Origin: Lama glama
Lineage: Eukaryota
Direction of reading: 5' to 3'
DNA length: 64,000 nt
NCBI GenBank assembly: GCA_028534125.1
Contig: CM052816.1
Coordinates: 68,822,001 to 68,886,000 of the forward strand
Shown here: piece by piece, positions 61,923 to 64,000 of the stretch
Position numbering within the stretch: position 1 is the stretch's first letter
Layout: every line of letters begins with the position of its first letter
Position numbers and translations under genes: made by a program
Notes under the pieces: model-generated
The model's database searches: none
Seen by the model: only the letters and a program-made list of their open reading frames with translations
What the model was told of the DNA's origin: nothing

Positions 61923-63027
61923 GTAAGTATTTGATTATAATGTAGGTAGAAAACAGTGTACTTTTAAACATTGACATACACTATAGCTCACTGAAGTCTT
62001 AAATTCCGTATGATTAAAAATTATTTTAATAAAATTTATTTTATACTGAATTCCATTAGATTGATAAATTTTCATTATTCACAACCTACTTATCCTTTTA
62101 AGATTCTTTTAGTTTATTCCTTCCTCTCCTAAGTTTCACTTCTAAACTTCTGGCCATTTCACAGAAAAAGAATGATAAAACTGAGCATTTGTAAATTTTG
62201 CTACTTACTGACATACTAGTAAACTAGTGATACAGTTATAAAAAATTAAAAAGAGGGATTTTCTGTGAGCTTCCCGGCATGTTTTCTCTACCATTCTCAA
62301 AAATGCAGACCCATTAGTCTGTATAAAATAAGTACATTGTCCTTCAACAGAAGTCTGCAGTGGACACCTGAGTTCCCACTTAGTCTTGTACAGTGTTTCC
62401 CAGACTTGCCAAATCATCAGAATTTTCCTGGCAGTTATGAAAAATACAAAGTCCTAAGACCTACCCCAAGTGTACTGAATCTCCTCTATGGGAGAGGCAT
62501 ATGGCTGTATTACTTTTTAATCTCCTTTAATTTGTAACACTTCCCCTCTACTACCATCCCCATTTTTAAATATAATTATTTTTAATAAACTGGGTTATTT
62601 TTCTGGTAGAATTTCCCCCCTTTAGGATTTGGTTGGTTGCATCTTCATGCTTTGATTTAATGTATTTTTCCATTCTTTGTTTCCTGCAGACCTGGTAGTT
62701 ATATCTAAAGACTTGATTAGAATCAGGTTTTTAGGAAAAGAATATTTTTTGGTTAGTACTATATTTTTCCCATTGTATCACACCAGTTTGCTTTTCCTGC
62801 TTTTATCAATGTTAAGAATTGATCAGTGTGATTATATTTAACAAGTACCCCAGTTAATTCTCATAGGCAAGTTGGAGAGCTACTGGTCTAGTGCTACTAC
62901 CCTGAAGCCTCACACTCAGTGTTTATTTGTGTAACTGAAAGTGAGTGAATAAACATTAAATTGTATTAATTTTCCTATACTGCTGGAAACTTAGATCAGG
63001 TCTTGGCATATTAAGAGATGTAGGCTT

Positions 63028-63116
63028 GGAGGAAGGGGAGTAGCTCAGTGGTATAGTGCATGCTTAGCATGCATGAGGTCCTGGGTTCAATCCCTAGTAC
63101 CACTATTAAAAAAGAG
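63028..63116 (+). mobile_element. Short tRNA-Ala-derived SINE
   Basis: tagctcagtgg...gcttagcatgcatgaggtcctgggttcaatcc; TSD agagatgt(a/g)ggct at 63014-63026 and 63117-63129. Confidence 0.85.
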
Positions 63117-64000
63117 AGAGATGTGGGCTCTTTTCTTAGGGAACTTTGTATACTACAACTCAGCCTTAGAAAGAATTACATTATATATAGAGGACAGGTT
63201 GAACCTCAACTTCCAAACTAAGAAAAGTGAATTTTAAAATGATGTCAGTTTCTCTTTGCCATAAAAGAGAAAGCAGAACTTGCCCTCGGGTGAACTATAT
63301 ACTTTTGATTTAGGATGGAGGATGGAGTACATTAGTGTCCTCCCTTTTTGGACTTTATAGTAAGAAAAGAAATAACTTAAAGTTGCTCTTGTGCTTTCTT
63401 CTACTCTTCCTCAGACTAAAAATCATGGTTCTTTTTAGACCAGCCAGCAGGTGACCTCTCCATGCACCGCCCCCTTCCTTTTTTAAATGCCACTGTAGCC
63501 TCTAGGAACCTGAGTGTCAGGCCATGGGCCCATTTATCAGAATTCCCCATTGCAATCATTGAAATACAGAGCACAGAGCATTCTCTTATTGAAGTGTCTA
63601 GTATAAATACAGAATTTCAATCTTGGAGCCCTGATAATTACAGCACCTAGAGAGTGGTTATGAAGTTCTTAGAAAGTCGCAATATCAGAGCAACTGATAC
63701 TGCTAGCAGGAGTAGAAGCAGCTGTTAACAAAACTTCTTTAGCAAATAATGTAGCCTCTGTTGCTCTGTTTGTCAAATTAACTGGTATTTGATTCCTTTG
63801 TTGTGTAGAGGTCTGTCACTTTGCCACTGACATCTCTCCAAGAGCATTTCCCTGTTAAAATTTTTAGTTTCCTTTGGATTAAACATGGAGAAACTGATAA
63901 CAGTTCCTTATTCCTTGCCCATATTGTTGGAATCCTGACAAATTCTGAAGTACATGGAAGAATCAAAAAGCCTTTAGTATATCTGAGCCAGGTGAAAAAG

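Noticed and set aside
61923..64000. DHX29 terminal exon and stop codon
   Set aside because: No acceptor followed by the expected short C-terminus was found; it probably lies beyond the window

Overview
Mammalian genomic DNA, most likely camelid, judged from tRNA-Ala-derived SINEs that resemble vic-1. Two RNA helicase genes lie head-to-head on a CpG-island bidirectional promoter at about 20.6-21.8 kb. MTREX (SKIV2L2/MTR4) is on the minus strand: coding exons 1-5, start codon at 21008, continuing past position 1. DHX29 is on the plus strand: coding exons 1-26, start codon at 21452, about 4045 coding nt read in frame, last exon not found in the window. Introns are filled with L1, L2, MIR, MaLR LTR, hAT-Charlie and Tigger relics, and there is one 500-N gap. 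I found no convincing new multi-gene system. The best leads are regulatory or structural: a uORF and an ATG-TGA start-stop in the DHX29 leader (possible autoregulation of a scanning factor); two duplicated 3' splice sites in DHX29 whose upstream copies would introduce premature stops; a TSD-flanked triple poly(A)-signal insert; an apparent L1 3' transduction; and an in-frame re-splicing site at exon 10. Gene and repeat names come from recognising the sequences, not from database searches, and repeat boundaries are approximate.
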